Assembly (NCBI GenBank): GCA_029263375.1 | Contig: JAJCXP010000366.1 | Coordinates: 2,402-66,401 of the forward strand | Origin: Acidobacteriota bacterium | GTDB lineage: Bacteria; Acidobacteriota; Thermoanaerobaculia; Multivoradales; JAHEKO01 | Direction: 5' to 3' | Length of the DNA stretch: 64,000 nucleotides | Part shown: piece by piece, positions 1-9,700 of the stretch | Layout of the letters: every line of letters starts with the position of its first letter | Numbering within the stretch: the first letter of the stretch is position 1 | Notes under the pieces: generated by a model | Databases searched by the model: none | The model's input: the letters and a program-made list of their open reading frames with translations, nothing else | Told to the model about the DNA's origin: nothing | Program-made: the position numbers and the translations under genes

Positions 1-200
1 AAGCGGGACAGGTACAAATGGAGGGCTGGATGTGGGCGCTCGCGCTCGGACTCTAAGAAGGGCGCAGCCGCGCTCCGGGAAGTGGCAGCGACCATCCGGG
101 ACATGGCGTAGAGGGTTCCCTACGGCCCGATCTCGCCGGAGCGAGAGGGGGGCGTGCCTACCGACCAAGGTCGGCGGGAGTAGAGCCATTCTGCGCGGTC

Positions 201-854
201 CTAGGGGAGTCGAGGGGCTTCCCGGTGGAACGCGTGGTAGAGGCCGCGGATCTGCTCCCTAGCTATCTCTCCGAAATCCTGCCCGACGCTCCGAATCTCT
301 CCCGATACACCAGGGTCGGTCGAGAGCTTCCGGAGGAGGTCCGGCGAGCTGACTTGAAATGCAAAGGCCACGATGACGGCCCAGGACACGGTGACCACGC
401 GCATCCAGTACGCGAACCTCTTGATCAATGGGCCATTAGGGCCTTCAAGGCGCCCGAACCGCTCGACGGCGGAGTCGATGGCATGGAGCTGAGGCGCTCC
501 CTGCGCCTTGAGCACTCTCCGTAGATCCTCGGGCTCGCACCAGGACACGTGGGGACCCATAATGCGCCCCATCAGCGAAGTGGGATCCTTCCTTCTCTTT
601 AGCACGGCGATTTCAGGGGAGTTGAGAAGGGTAGCCGCAAGGTTCCGACTGGCGCTCTTCGTCGTCTTGAGCTCTTGCTCGACGACTCCCGCAAGCCCTG
701 ACTGGAGGTTTCGGGCTCGGAGTCGGAGAGCGGCCTGGGTCGCCTGCGACAAGGCAGTGACCATCACGCTGAGGAGCAGCATCACAGCCGAGAACGCGAT
801 CACTATCGCTAGAACATCGAAAAGCGTTGAAGATCCTCCCAACATCGTCTCCAC
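201..854 (-). CDS. hypothetical membrane protein (two hydrophobic segments)
   Basis: 217-aa ORF with TM-like stretches LFDVLAIVIAFSAVMLLLSVMVTAL and WMRVVTVSWAVIVAFAF. No recognisable catalytic motif. Divergent from the SIR2-like gene. Confidence 0.3.
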   Translation of the reverse strand: METMLGGSSTLFDVLAIVIAFSAVMLLLSVMVTALSQATQAALRLRARNLQSGLAGVVEQELKTTKSASRNLAATLLNSPEIAVLKRRKDPTSLMGRIMGPHVSWCEPEDLRRVLKAQGAPQLHAIDSAVERFGRLEGPNGPLIKRFAYWMRVVTVSWAVIVAFAFQVSSPDLLRKLSTDPGVSGEIRSVGQDFGEIAREQIRGLYHAFHREAPRLP

Positions 855-1249
855 CTCCGTCGAATGAGGGCTGTTCCGAGAGGCTCGCGCAGCCCCAACT
901 GTCTTCGAATGTGTCTACTAATAGAGGTTCCACCGAGTCGAGCCGCCTGACGGCGTCGGCGACGCAATAGCTTCGCGCGGCAGACCACACCTCAATCGAT
1001 TGGACGAACACCACGCGCAAGATCCGCCTGCCTAGTACCGCTCGGCAGAACTTTCGCGAACGCGCATTCGTCTGTGTTCAAGCGCATGAAGGGGTGCTGG
1101 TCGGCCAGGGAGTAAGCTCAAGCCACAACTCCCAAGGAGGCGAGGCCCATGGCGAACCCGGAGCAAATGGTGATACTCGAGCAGGGAGAGGACGCGCGGA
1201 ATGTGTGGCGTGAGGACAACCGGCCAGACGGCGGACTCGGAGATGGCCA

Positions 1250-2386
1250 GTGAGCCAACTTGACGTCTATGTCCTTGGTGCCGGCGCTTCCTATGTCCAC
1301 GGTGCCCCGTTGACCGATGGCCTCATCCCCTATGCGCTGACGATCCCTCACCTCAGCGACGACAAGCGGATCGCGCTCGTTCGCAAGTTCCTGGGAAGCG
1401 CATTCCAGTTTCGCGCGCCGACGACGTCACGAGCCAAGACCTGGAAGAGCGTGCCCGGGCTGGTCGACGTGCTGTCCATGGTCGACATGGCTCTCGACCG
1501 AAGGGAGAACCTGGCGTGGGGGTACGGTCAGGATGCACTTCGCGAAGTGCGCAGCGCCCTGGAGTTCTGCATCTTCCAGGCCCTCGAGAGCAGCCTGAGC
1601 TGGAGGCCGAGAGGCCGAAGGAGTGCGGCGACAAAGAAGCTCGTCGAGACGCTCGACCCCGAGCACGCAACCTTCATTTCGATGAACTACGACGTCATCG
1701 TGGACATCGCGCTGGCGGTGCGCGGGAGCCAGTTCGATTCCAGACGCGCCGACTTCGAGATGCTGGCAGAGTCGGGAGCCCACCTAAAGGTCGACTACGG
1801 CGTTCGGTTCACCAATGTCAGGCACGAGCAGGAGCCGGGGGGTGCACCGAAGTTCGAGCTACTCAAACTGCACGGATCCTTCAACTGGCTGAAAAGCGCA
1901 CTGACCGGGAATCTCTACTACGGGGGGCTTCGGAAGGCGATCGGCGCGCTGTTCAGCGATCGGCGCGCCAGGCTCGCAGCCGACCTCTTCAGCTTCTTCG
2001 ACCATCGTAGTGGTGCGACTCGCGCCAGCGACAGTGCACGCGATCTCCAGCCGATTCTGGTGACCCCGACGCATCTCAAAGATCTTCGCGATCCACACCT
2101 GGCGCGCATATGGCGTCGGGCGGAGGAGGTCGTACGTCAAGCTCGCCGAATCACCTTCATCGGTTACTCCCTGCCGGGAGACGACCTGCACGTGAAGTAC
2201 TTGTTCAAGCGGGCGCTGGCCACGCGACCCGCCGGAGTCGCACCGCCGCGGATCGTGGTTGTCGACAAATGTGACGATCCGGAGGACAGCGAGGTGCGGG
2301 CCAACTACGAGACCTTCTTCGGCAAGAAGCTGGTGACCTATCACGCGGACGGCTTCGACGCCTTCGTAGGGGCGCGGGCGCGCTGA
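1250..2386 (+). CDS. SIR2-like domain protein (SIR2_2/DUF4917-type; defence-associated NAD+-binding fold)
   Basis: N-terminal VYVLGAGASYVHGAPLTDGL matches the G-A-G-x-S NAD-binding loop of SIR2-like defence proteins. Downstream LKLHGSFNWL matches the conserved HGS motif. 378 aa. Confidence 0.6.
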   Translation: MSQLDVYVLGAGASYVHGAPLTDGLIPYALTIPHLSDDKRIALVRKFLGSAFQFRAPTTSRAKTWKSVPGLVDVLSMVDMALDRRENLAWGYGQDALREVRSALEFCIFQALESSLSWRPRGRRSAATKKLVETLDPEHATFISMNYDVIVDIALAVRGSQFDSRRADFEMLAESGAHLKVDYGVRFTNVRHEQEPGGAPKFELLKLHGSFNWLKSALTGNLYYGGLRKAIGALFSDRRARLAADLFSFFDHRSGATRASDSARDLQPILVTPTHLKDLRDPHLARIWRRAEEVVRQARRITFIGYSLPGDDLHVKYLFKRALATRPAGVAPPRIVVVDKCDDPEDSEVRANYETFFGKKLVTYHADGFDAFVGARAR

Positions 2387-2718
2387 GCGGCTGACTCTCC
2401 GACGCGGCCGTCTCGGGCCGGAGGCAAAAACACCGAGAATTCTTGTGCTCGGCTTGGGGACCGACCCGGTGCCGGGCTGCTAGGAGCCCCACCTCGGGAC
2501 GCGAGGCAGTGAAGGCTTGCCTGCAGTTCTTATGGCTCCAACCAGTGCGACCTCTTCGTAGTCTGTGGAGCCGCTGGTCAGGCGGCTGGTGCTGGAGACG
2601 ATTGACGGCGTAGCGCAGTCGCTGGAGGGCGAGCGGCGGGAGCGATAGGGCGCTCTCGCCCGTTCGAGTGTAGCGTTGCGAGCGCGCCGGGCGTAGTCAA
2701 AGTCAGCGCTGGCGGTGA

Positions 2719-3252
2719 ATGCCCACGATGACACAGCTTCAGATCATCATCGCAATCGCAGTTGTGGTCGCCGTTGCCACAATCATCTACACGACAAAGT
2801 CACGCCCGGAGAAATCGAAGTACGAAGCTGCGAAGGAGTCGCTGGAGTTTCAACCCGGCGCGATACGTCAGACTGAACTTCCCTCCGAACTGATTGACCG
2901 GATTCGTCGCCTCCAAACAGTATTCTCCGAGGTCTACCCAATTTCACACCAAGAGTGGCTCGATGGATTTCAACGAGATCAGGTGCCGGAGAACGAGGTT
3001 GCGGTTTGGGAGCAGATGGCGTCGGCGTACACTACTTTCCTAGGCGAGAACGACCTTGAGGAAGCTGCGCGTCAGGAGGCGTTCAGGTTGTTACTGGTCC
3101 GGTCTAGCACGTCTTCTGTTGAATCAGAGCTTTCGAAGCTAGAACAACTAACGGTCGATCAAGCAAGGAGCCTCGTTGCCCTTTACCAGGCAACTCCGAA
3201 ACCCATCACGATCCAGGACGCCGAACAAGCGGCTGCGAGCGACGCGGATTGA
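2719..3252 (+). CDS. hypothetical protein with N-terminal TM helix (lower-GC gene)
   Basis: 177-aa ORF. N-terminal segment LQIIIAIAVVVAVATIIY is hydrophobic. Local GC is visibly lower than the surroundings. Confidence 0.4.
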   Translation: MPTMTQLQIIIAIAVVVAVATIIYTTKSRPEKSKYEAAKESLEFQPGAIRQTELPSELIDRIRRLQTVFSEVYPISHQEWLDGFQRDQVPENEVAVWEQMASAYTTFLGENDLEEAARQEAFRLLLVRSSTSSVESELSKLEQLTVDQARSLVALYQATPKPITIQDAEQAAASDAD

Positions 3253-4333
3253 CGCCGGTACTAGAGTCCGCGTGAACGCCCGAGGGCTGTCAAGCAGCTG
3301 GTACTGGACACGATCGCACAGGTGCTAGCACGCCAGGAAGCAGACGACGCTTGTCAAGTGAACCCGCACGACATCGCCGCCTTCGTCTCCGTCTTCGAGC
3401 TCCTGGGTGGGCCGAGATGCCGAGAGCGCTACGTAGCCGGCCAGTACGAGCGGAAGTGCTACCGGGTGCTGGTCGAGGGTTGGATAGCGTGGAAGGCTCG
3501 CGGGTGCAAGGTTAGGGCTTCAAGCACCAGGTAGCCCTGGCCTCAGGACCGGGGCGAGCCCGAGTTCGGGAAGGCGTTTGACTTCGGGGACGGATCAGCG
3601 ACCCCAGTCTTCGGCCGGAACAAGCCCGAGGCCCGAGGGTTGACGAGCGCCGGGACGCTTTCCCTTTTCTTTCCCTGCGCTTTCCCCGAGAGGAGAGGAA
3701 CGTCGGAAGCCTCGGAAAGCCTGGAAGGCTACTAAGTGCTATGAGAGCAGTGGTTTCCACAGAGAGCCGCGTGAAAGCTGGCTCTAGTACGAGGCCCTGT
3801 TCTGGATTAAAAGTCCGCGGCTCCACCGACTGACCTAACGGCCCGTGGGGCGCGAGTAAGCAAGAAGGAGCCAGCTCCCGCGCTTGGCAAGCGCGGCTTC
3901 GAGGCGGCCACCTGTGAGTTCCGCCGAGCGCCACTCTCGGAGAATCGTCTCCTCGCGCCGCGGTCCGCTCAAGACCAGGTCCCTTGCGGGTGCCGACCTC
4001 GTCTTCGATGACGGCGGTGTACTCGCGGGCGGCCTGGGGCAGAACCTCGAACTCGACCGCGGACCACCCTCGCGCGATTCTAGCCTCGTTCGCCTCTTGG
4101 CCCACTTGCCGTCCCCCAGAGTTGGTCGGGACGGCGAGATGTGAACTCGCAACCCGCTGAACTCCATTCAAGGGTACTCCCGCCGATTCGTCGCGCCTGT
4201 CAGCCGAGGCCGAGTGCGACCGACTACGATGAAGCGCGACCCAGAGTGTTTGCTCACTGTTTGCTCAACCCTAGGAGAAGGTCTCCGAGAGGAGCCGCAA
4301 GAGCACTATAACCCGTTGATGGAATTGAGCTTC

Positions 4334-4384
4334 CATGGTGCCCAGGGGCGGATTTGAACCACCGACACCCTGATTTTCAGTCAG
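4334..4384. repeat. attL: 51-bp direct repeat identical to the 3' end of tRNA-Phe (distal island boundary)
   Basis: catggtgcccaggggcggatttgaaccaccgacaccctgattttcagtcag occurs identically at 4334-4384 and 57460-57510. The second copy is the 3' half of an intact tRNA. Confidence 0.8.
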
Positions 4385-4487
4385 TGCATCCAGGTCGCAT
4401 GGAGTCCTATGGAGTTTACAAAAGGCCTGTTTTTCTTAGTTCTTTAGCCAATCGACTCCGACCGAGTCCGCTGGAGTTTGCACCGAG

Positions 4488-4510
4488 TTGATTGCTATAT
4501 GATTGCTAGC
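4488..4510. repeat. arm-type repeat copy 1 (TTGATTGCTATATGATTGCTAGC), immediately upstream of the integrase start
   Basis: Near-identical 23-bp copy at 57392-57414 (one mismatch over 23 bp; 27/30 over a 30-bp alignment including flanks). Contains an internal TGATTGCTA doublet. Both copies lie just inside the att repeats. Confidence 0.5.
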
Positions 4511-4521
4511 CAGGGACCGAG

Positions 4522-5760
4522 ATGCGCAGAAAGATCACCAAGACAGCCGTCGACAACCTCCGATCGGGGTCGCACGACACCTTCCTCTGGGACACGGAGA
4601 TCACTGGCTTCGGCTGCAAGATCACGCCGGCCGGCCGCAAGGTCTACATCCTCCAGTACAGGACCGAAGGCCAGGACTCTCGGAAGGCGCCGAAGCGCGT
4701 CACCCTCGGCAAGCACGGGGACATCACCGCCGACAAGGCTCGCAAGCTGGCCACTCGGGCACTGCTCGAGGTGAAAGAAGGCGGCGATCCCCGTCGGTTC
4801 CGGCAGTCGGAGGCCGATCCAACCATCGCGCTGCTGGCCGACCGCTTCCTCAACGAGTATCTGCCCAACAAGAAGCGCCCTCCCAGGGAACGAACGGTCG
4901 CCTCCTACGAGAGCCTGCTTCGATGCCACATCGTGCCTCGCCTGGGCGACCTGCGGCTCGACGAGCTCACGGTGGCTGACGTCGAATCCCTTCACGTCTC
5001 TCTGCGCGACTCACCGTACGTGGCCAATCGAGCGCTCGTCGTCCTGCAGCAGGCGCTCGATCAGGCAGAGGCCTGGGGTTGGCGCTCCGAGCGCAGCAAC
5101 CCGGCGCGGCATGTGGAGCGCTACCGAGAGGAGCGACGAGGCGCGAAGAAGGAAGTCATGCTATCGCCCGAGCAGATGGCTGCACTCCTTCAGGCTATCG
5201 ATACTGAAGAGGCTGCCGGTGTGAATCCGAGAGCATGCGCCGCGATTCGCGTCGCATTCTGGACGGGTTGGCGTATCGGCGAGGTGCTCCGGCTGGAGTG
5301 GGCCAACCTCGATCTCGAGAAGGGCGTGGCCAAGCTCGTACGGACGAAGACTGCCGACGAGGAGTACCGGCAAGTGCCGGAGGAGGCCATGGCGATCCTC
5401 TCGACGCAGACAAGAGTTGCCGGCTGCCCGTTCGTCTTCCCGAGCCACGACTTCTCGACCCACCTGACAACCGTACGGAAGCCTTGGGTGAAGATCCGGA
5501 CCCAAGCTGGCCTCTCTGATCTCGACGGCTTGGGACCGCTTCGCCTACACGATCTCAGACACAACGTCGTCAGTTGGGATGTGTCTAGAGGTGTTGGTCT
5601 CGAGATCGCCGGCAAGAATGTCGGGCATCGATCTCGGAGCTCCACCGAGACGTACGCTCACTTCGCGCCTGATGCTCTCAAGCGAGCGGCTGACGAGCGA
5701 GCGCAAGCGATGCGGGCAGCATTGGAACAGACCAAACCAGGGTTTGGCTCACTGGGGTAG
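4522..5760 (+). CDS. int: tyrosine site-specific integrase, P4-like (DUF4102 arm-binding N-terminus plus catalytic core)
   Basis: N-terminus DTEITGFGCKITPAGRKVYILQYR is typical of DUF4102. C-terminus HDLRHNVVSW...GHRS..TETYAHF carries the R-H-R-Y catalytic signature. The gene is adjacent to the att repeat. Confidence 0.85.
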   Translation: MRRKITKTAVDNLRSGSHDTFLWDTEITGFGCKITPAGRKVYILQYRTEGQDSRKAPKRVTLGKHGDITADKARKLATRALLEVKEGGDPRRFRQSEADPTIALLADRFLNEYLPNKKRPPRERTVASYESLLRCHIVPRLGDLRLDELTVADVESLHVSLRDSPYVANRALVVLQQALDQAEAWGWRSERSNPARHVERYREERRGAKKEVMLSPEQMAALLQAIDTEEAAGVNPRACAAIRVAFWTGWRIGEVLRLEWANLDLEKGVAKLVRTKTADEEYRQVPEEAMAILSTQTRVAGCPFVFPSHDFSTHLTTVRKPWVKIRTQAGLSDLDGLGPLRLHDLRHNVVSWDVSRGVGLEIAGKNVGHRSRSSTETYAHFAPDALKRAADERAQAMRAALEQTKPGFGSLG

Positions 5761-6044
5761 TCAGTTCGAGGGCCGCTTGGGCGTGGAGCTCCAGAGGCGA
5801 CGGGCTCCTCGGTCACAGGTTCTCGGTCGTGAGGCTCGGGCGTTACGGTGAGGGGGGCCTCGTACGGTTCCCGCCGACCGCCACCTTCTTCTATTTTATA
5901 GCCCGTCCAAGCAGCATGACCTTGTACGCTCGAGTTCCATCGGGCAACGAGCGCCTCCCTGCAGTTCTTGGCACTAGTGCTCTTCCCTTCTCCCTGACTG
6001 TGGTAGCTTGACCCAACAGATCTTCAAACAGGGAGGATTCGTCC

Positions 6045-6779
6045 TTGGCTCTCAATTCGGCGCTCTTAGCCGCGATTGAGTCTTGCCGCAAGTACCCGAC
6101 TATGACTCACCATCATCCTTCAAAGGGCTGGAGTCTAGTCACCGCAGGACTCCTGGTCCTCACTTCGGCCACCTTGATCACATTGGACCCCGGTGAAGCA
6201 GCACCTAGCAGCAACGCACCACCCGCTCACCTGGTGCGAGGTCACGATTCGGTCACCGTCGCTACAGAACGTGCGCGAATCGAAATGTCGGCGTCCTCTA
6301 GCGAGCCTTTCTTGACGCTCATGCAGCATCTTGGCCTCTCCAAGATGGACCCTCTCGTTGTACGACTCTTCCCCAATGGGCAAGGGCAGGCTATTTTTCC
6401 TGCCGGCTACAAGGCCGCTGGTACCTACAGCTTTCGTTTCTCCGACGACTTTCTACTCGCTGTTCTTGGACCAGCTCTCGAACATTCCCTCTTCAACGCG
6501 GACCCTCGCACTTTTTCGTCGGTTATCCCCCTCAGGGGGGCCACCGGCACATCGGACACCGGTAGTACAGCGTTCAGTTTTAGCTTTGCTGCCTACACAT
6601 CTCCGGCAAATGTGCAAGCCCCGTACTCGACCGCTTTCCGGGTCCGAGGCCTAATGACAACCGCTTCAGTCGACCCAGGCGTCGAACGGCTACTGGAGGA
6701 TCTCCGAGTGATGCGGGTGCAGATCAACTACCTTGCGCAGAACGCGAGAGATGGAGCCGCTCGTGGCCTCACTCCCTAG
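6045..6779 (+). CDS. hypothetical secreted protein
   Basis: 244-aa ORF with a hydrophobic N-terminal segment (WSLVTAGLLVLTSATLITL). Ser/Thr/Ala-rich. Overlaps the start of the following large gene, so the true start is uncertain. Confidence 0.35.
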   Translation: MALNSALLAAIESCRKYPTMTHHHPSKGWSLVTAGLLVLTSATLITLDPGEAAPSSNAPPAHLVRGHDSVTVATERARIEMSASSSEPFLTLMQHLGLSKMDPLVVRLFPNGQGQAIFPAGYKAAGTYSFRFSDDFLLAVLGPALEHSLFNADPRTFSSVIPLRGATGTSDTGSTAFSFSFAAYTSPANVQAPYSTAFRVRGLMTTASVDPGVERLLEDLRVMRVQINYLAQNARDGAARGLTP

Positions 6780-9700
6780 GAAGGGTTTCGTCGCAGCCCT
6801 CCTCGGGCTTTGCCTCCCCCTAGCCGCCGCGGAGGCAGGCACATACCTTTGCTCAGTGTTTGACAATGCCTGCACACCCAATGGCGACGAGGCTTCAATA
6901 GTGCATCCTCAGGGCTACAGCGGCTTCGGCAGTTCGCTCGACCTCTCAGTCTGCGTACGTGGTGTGGGACCGCAGGAAGAGGCCGCGGTCGGCCCACTGC
7001 AAAGGGCCATCGATACCTGGGTTCAACTCACGGAAACGCGCGGCAACTATCTTGACGTGGGCGCCAGTGACGTCCCGGCTGGAACGCACGACCTAGAGTC
7101 CGTCTTCCTGCACGAGATTGGGCATTGCCTCGGTGTTGGGCACGCCAATATCGGCACTGACGCGGAGATAAGCGACGGCTGCCCGGCCATCTGTGATGGC
7201 TGCGACGAGGAACAGTACACCGCCTCGTTTTGCGGGAACAATGACGTCTGGGATTTTGACTCCGGACAGCAAGACGGAATCGAGGGGACCTTCGACGATG
7301 ATCGTGGAGATGATGTCAACGTCTTCTGGTTCAACGACAACTTCAATGACCCGTTCTTCGTGATCAACCCCGTTGATGGCCAGACCTATACACGTGACCC
7401 CAGTAACCTACCTAGTTCGCACTCCGCCGCGGCCTGGGGCAGCCTTGCATACTCCCAGTGGCGCGGTCTAGCAGATACAGAGGCAGTAATGGCTGCGAGG
7501 ATAGGGCCGGGTGTGGCGAAGCGCCAATTGTCGGCCGATGAGGTCTCAACGATTCTCTTCGGCCGGACAGGTCTGGACGAATCCGTCGGCACGTCTGACG
7601 ACTATGAAATAGGAATACGCTATTCCTCTGACCCATCTGACTGCGACCTTGAGGTTGAGTTCATCGATGACTCGCTCATCGAAGGGCTTGCTCAATGTTC
7701 TTTCACCGCAACTGAGTTGGCCTCCGACCACTACGCCATAACCTCCAGCAAAATCGAGGTCAACCAGGACATCGACTGGTATACAGGCGAGGGCACTGAT
7801 GGTGATCCCCCGGACACCGCTACCAACCCTGCGTCCGGGGTAACTGACGACTTGGCTGTCCTCAACGGGACCGTCAACCCCAACGGACTCTCGACGGAAG
7901 GCTGGTTCGTCTGGGATGACGACTCCTTTGTCGATGCCTTCTCAACCCCCCGAGTTTCGGTAGGTTCAGGCAGCTCCAGCGTACCAATCGCCTATGGACT
8001 CGCAGCTTTGGACTGCGAGACAACATACTACTTCCAAGCCTGGGGTGAGAACAGCGCGGGCCTTGACTCGGGTACGGTCCGATCCTTCACAACTGGAACC
8101 TGCGGCGGTGGAGGTGGCGACGAAGAGCTCATCACGAACGGCGGCTTCGAACCTGGCAGCGCCGGTTGGGAGCTCTCCGGCGACTTCCAGGCAGACGACC
8201 GCTTTAGCTGTACTCACAGCGGTTCGGGGTATGCGTATCTGGCCCTACCAGACGGAAGCCGGGGCGACAACTTGCACGGCGAGCTGGATCAGGTCGTTTC
8301 GATCCCTGCAGCAGCAGATTCCCCGGAACTCTCCTACTTCTACAGTATCTCCACCGACGACCCGAGCGGGCAGATCGAAGACGCCATGGTCGTGTGGATC
8401 TACGACGAGGCCGGCGACACCGCGCTCGAGGCACTCGCGACATACTCCAACCTAGACGCGCAGAATGGCTGTGGCTCGACGTTCTACGACTCTGCCGGGC
8501 CCTTCGATCTTTCGGACTACATCGGGGAGACAATCCGCGTTCGATTCGAGGCAGCTACCGACTCTCGCAGCGGGACCGGCACGGTTTTTCGTGTGGACGA
8601 CGTCAGCCTCCAAGCGGAGATTCCCCCTGGAAGTGCACCGGACGTGAGCACAGAGTCAGCGGACGAAATCACTAGCCACTCCGCGAACCTCAATCTGCAG
8701 GTGACGGCTAACGGCGCCGCCACGGACGTTTGGTTTGAATGGGACGATGATCCGAATCTAAGCAACCAAACGGATTCCGTCGCGGTCAGCGAGGATGCGG
8801 TGAATCACCCGGTCAGCATCGAGCTGTCGGGGCTCAATTGCGAGGAGACGTACTACTTCGAGGCCTTCGCGTGGAACGTACACGGCGAGGACGACGGTAT
8901 CCAACGGTCGTTCACAACAGGTGCCTGCCCAGGAGGCCCGCCAACGGCGGACACAGACCCGGCGGAGGCGATCACGTCCACTTCGGCCCGGCTTACAGCC
9001 GAGATCCTCCCAAACGGGCTCTCGACTGACGCTTGGTTCGAGTGGGGTGAGACAACCAGCCTAGGCAACTTGACACCTCGGCAGGGCGTCGGCTCCGGGA
9101 CCTCCTGGGTGGACTTCGATGCCGATCTCGCGAGTCTCGACTGCGGGACGACCTACTACTTCGAAGCCCATGCAGAGAACTCTGCCGGCGAGGATGACGG
9201 CGCCACGCACTCGTTCGCGACGCATGACTGCGATCCCGGCAACAGGCCACCCCAGGCGACGGGTGACAGCTACTCAACGCCGGTCGATGCGCCCTTGTCT
9301 GTCGCAGCTCCTGGAGTCCTGGGTAATGACTCCGACCCCGATGGCGACTTCCTTACCGCGGATCTGACAGGAGACGTGCTCCACGGTTCACTGACGCTGC
9401 ATCCGGACGGTTCATTCGATTACTCCCCCGTCGCCGGCTACGAGGGCCCGGACTCGTTCTCCTACGTGGCCAACGACGGCCTCCTCGACTCCAGCCCCGC
9501 CACCGTCAACATCTCGGTCGGCGACGCATCACCAATCCAGTGGCCTGACTTCATAGACCTGAACACTCCGCCCGGGACGGAGTCGGTGCCCACCACTCGC
9601 ATCTACGGGGATTACGAGTTCGGTGATTTCGGCGCTGGCGTGGCCTCGGGCGACTTCAACAATGACGGGTTCATGGACGCCCTGGTGAGCGCCGAGAACG

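Noticed and set aside
3512-4171. 219-aa Arg-rich ORF (and overlapping 3835-4167, 3884-4144 ORFs) next to attL
   Set aside because: Low-complexity, no motifs, mutually overlapping in several frames. The region is more likely non-coding remnant DNA.
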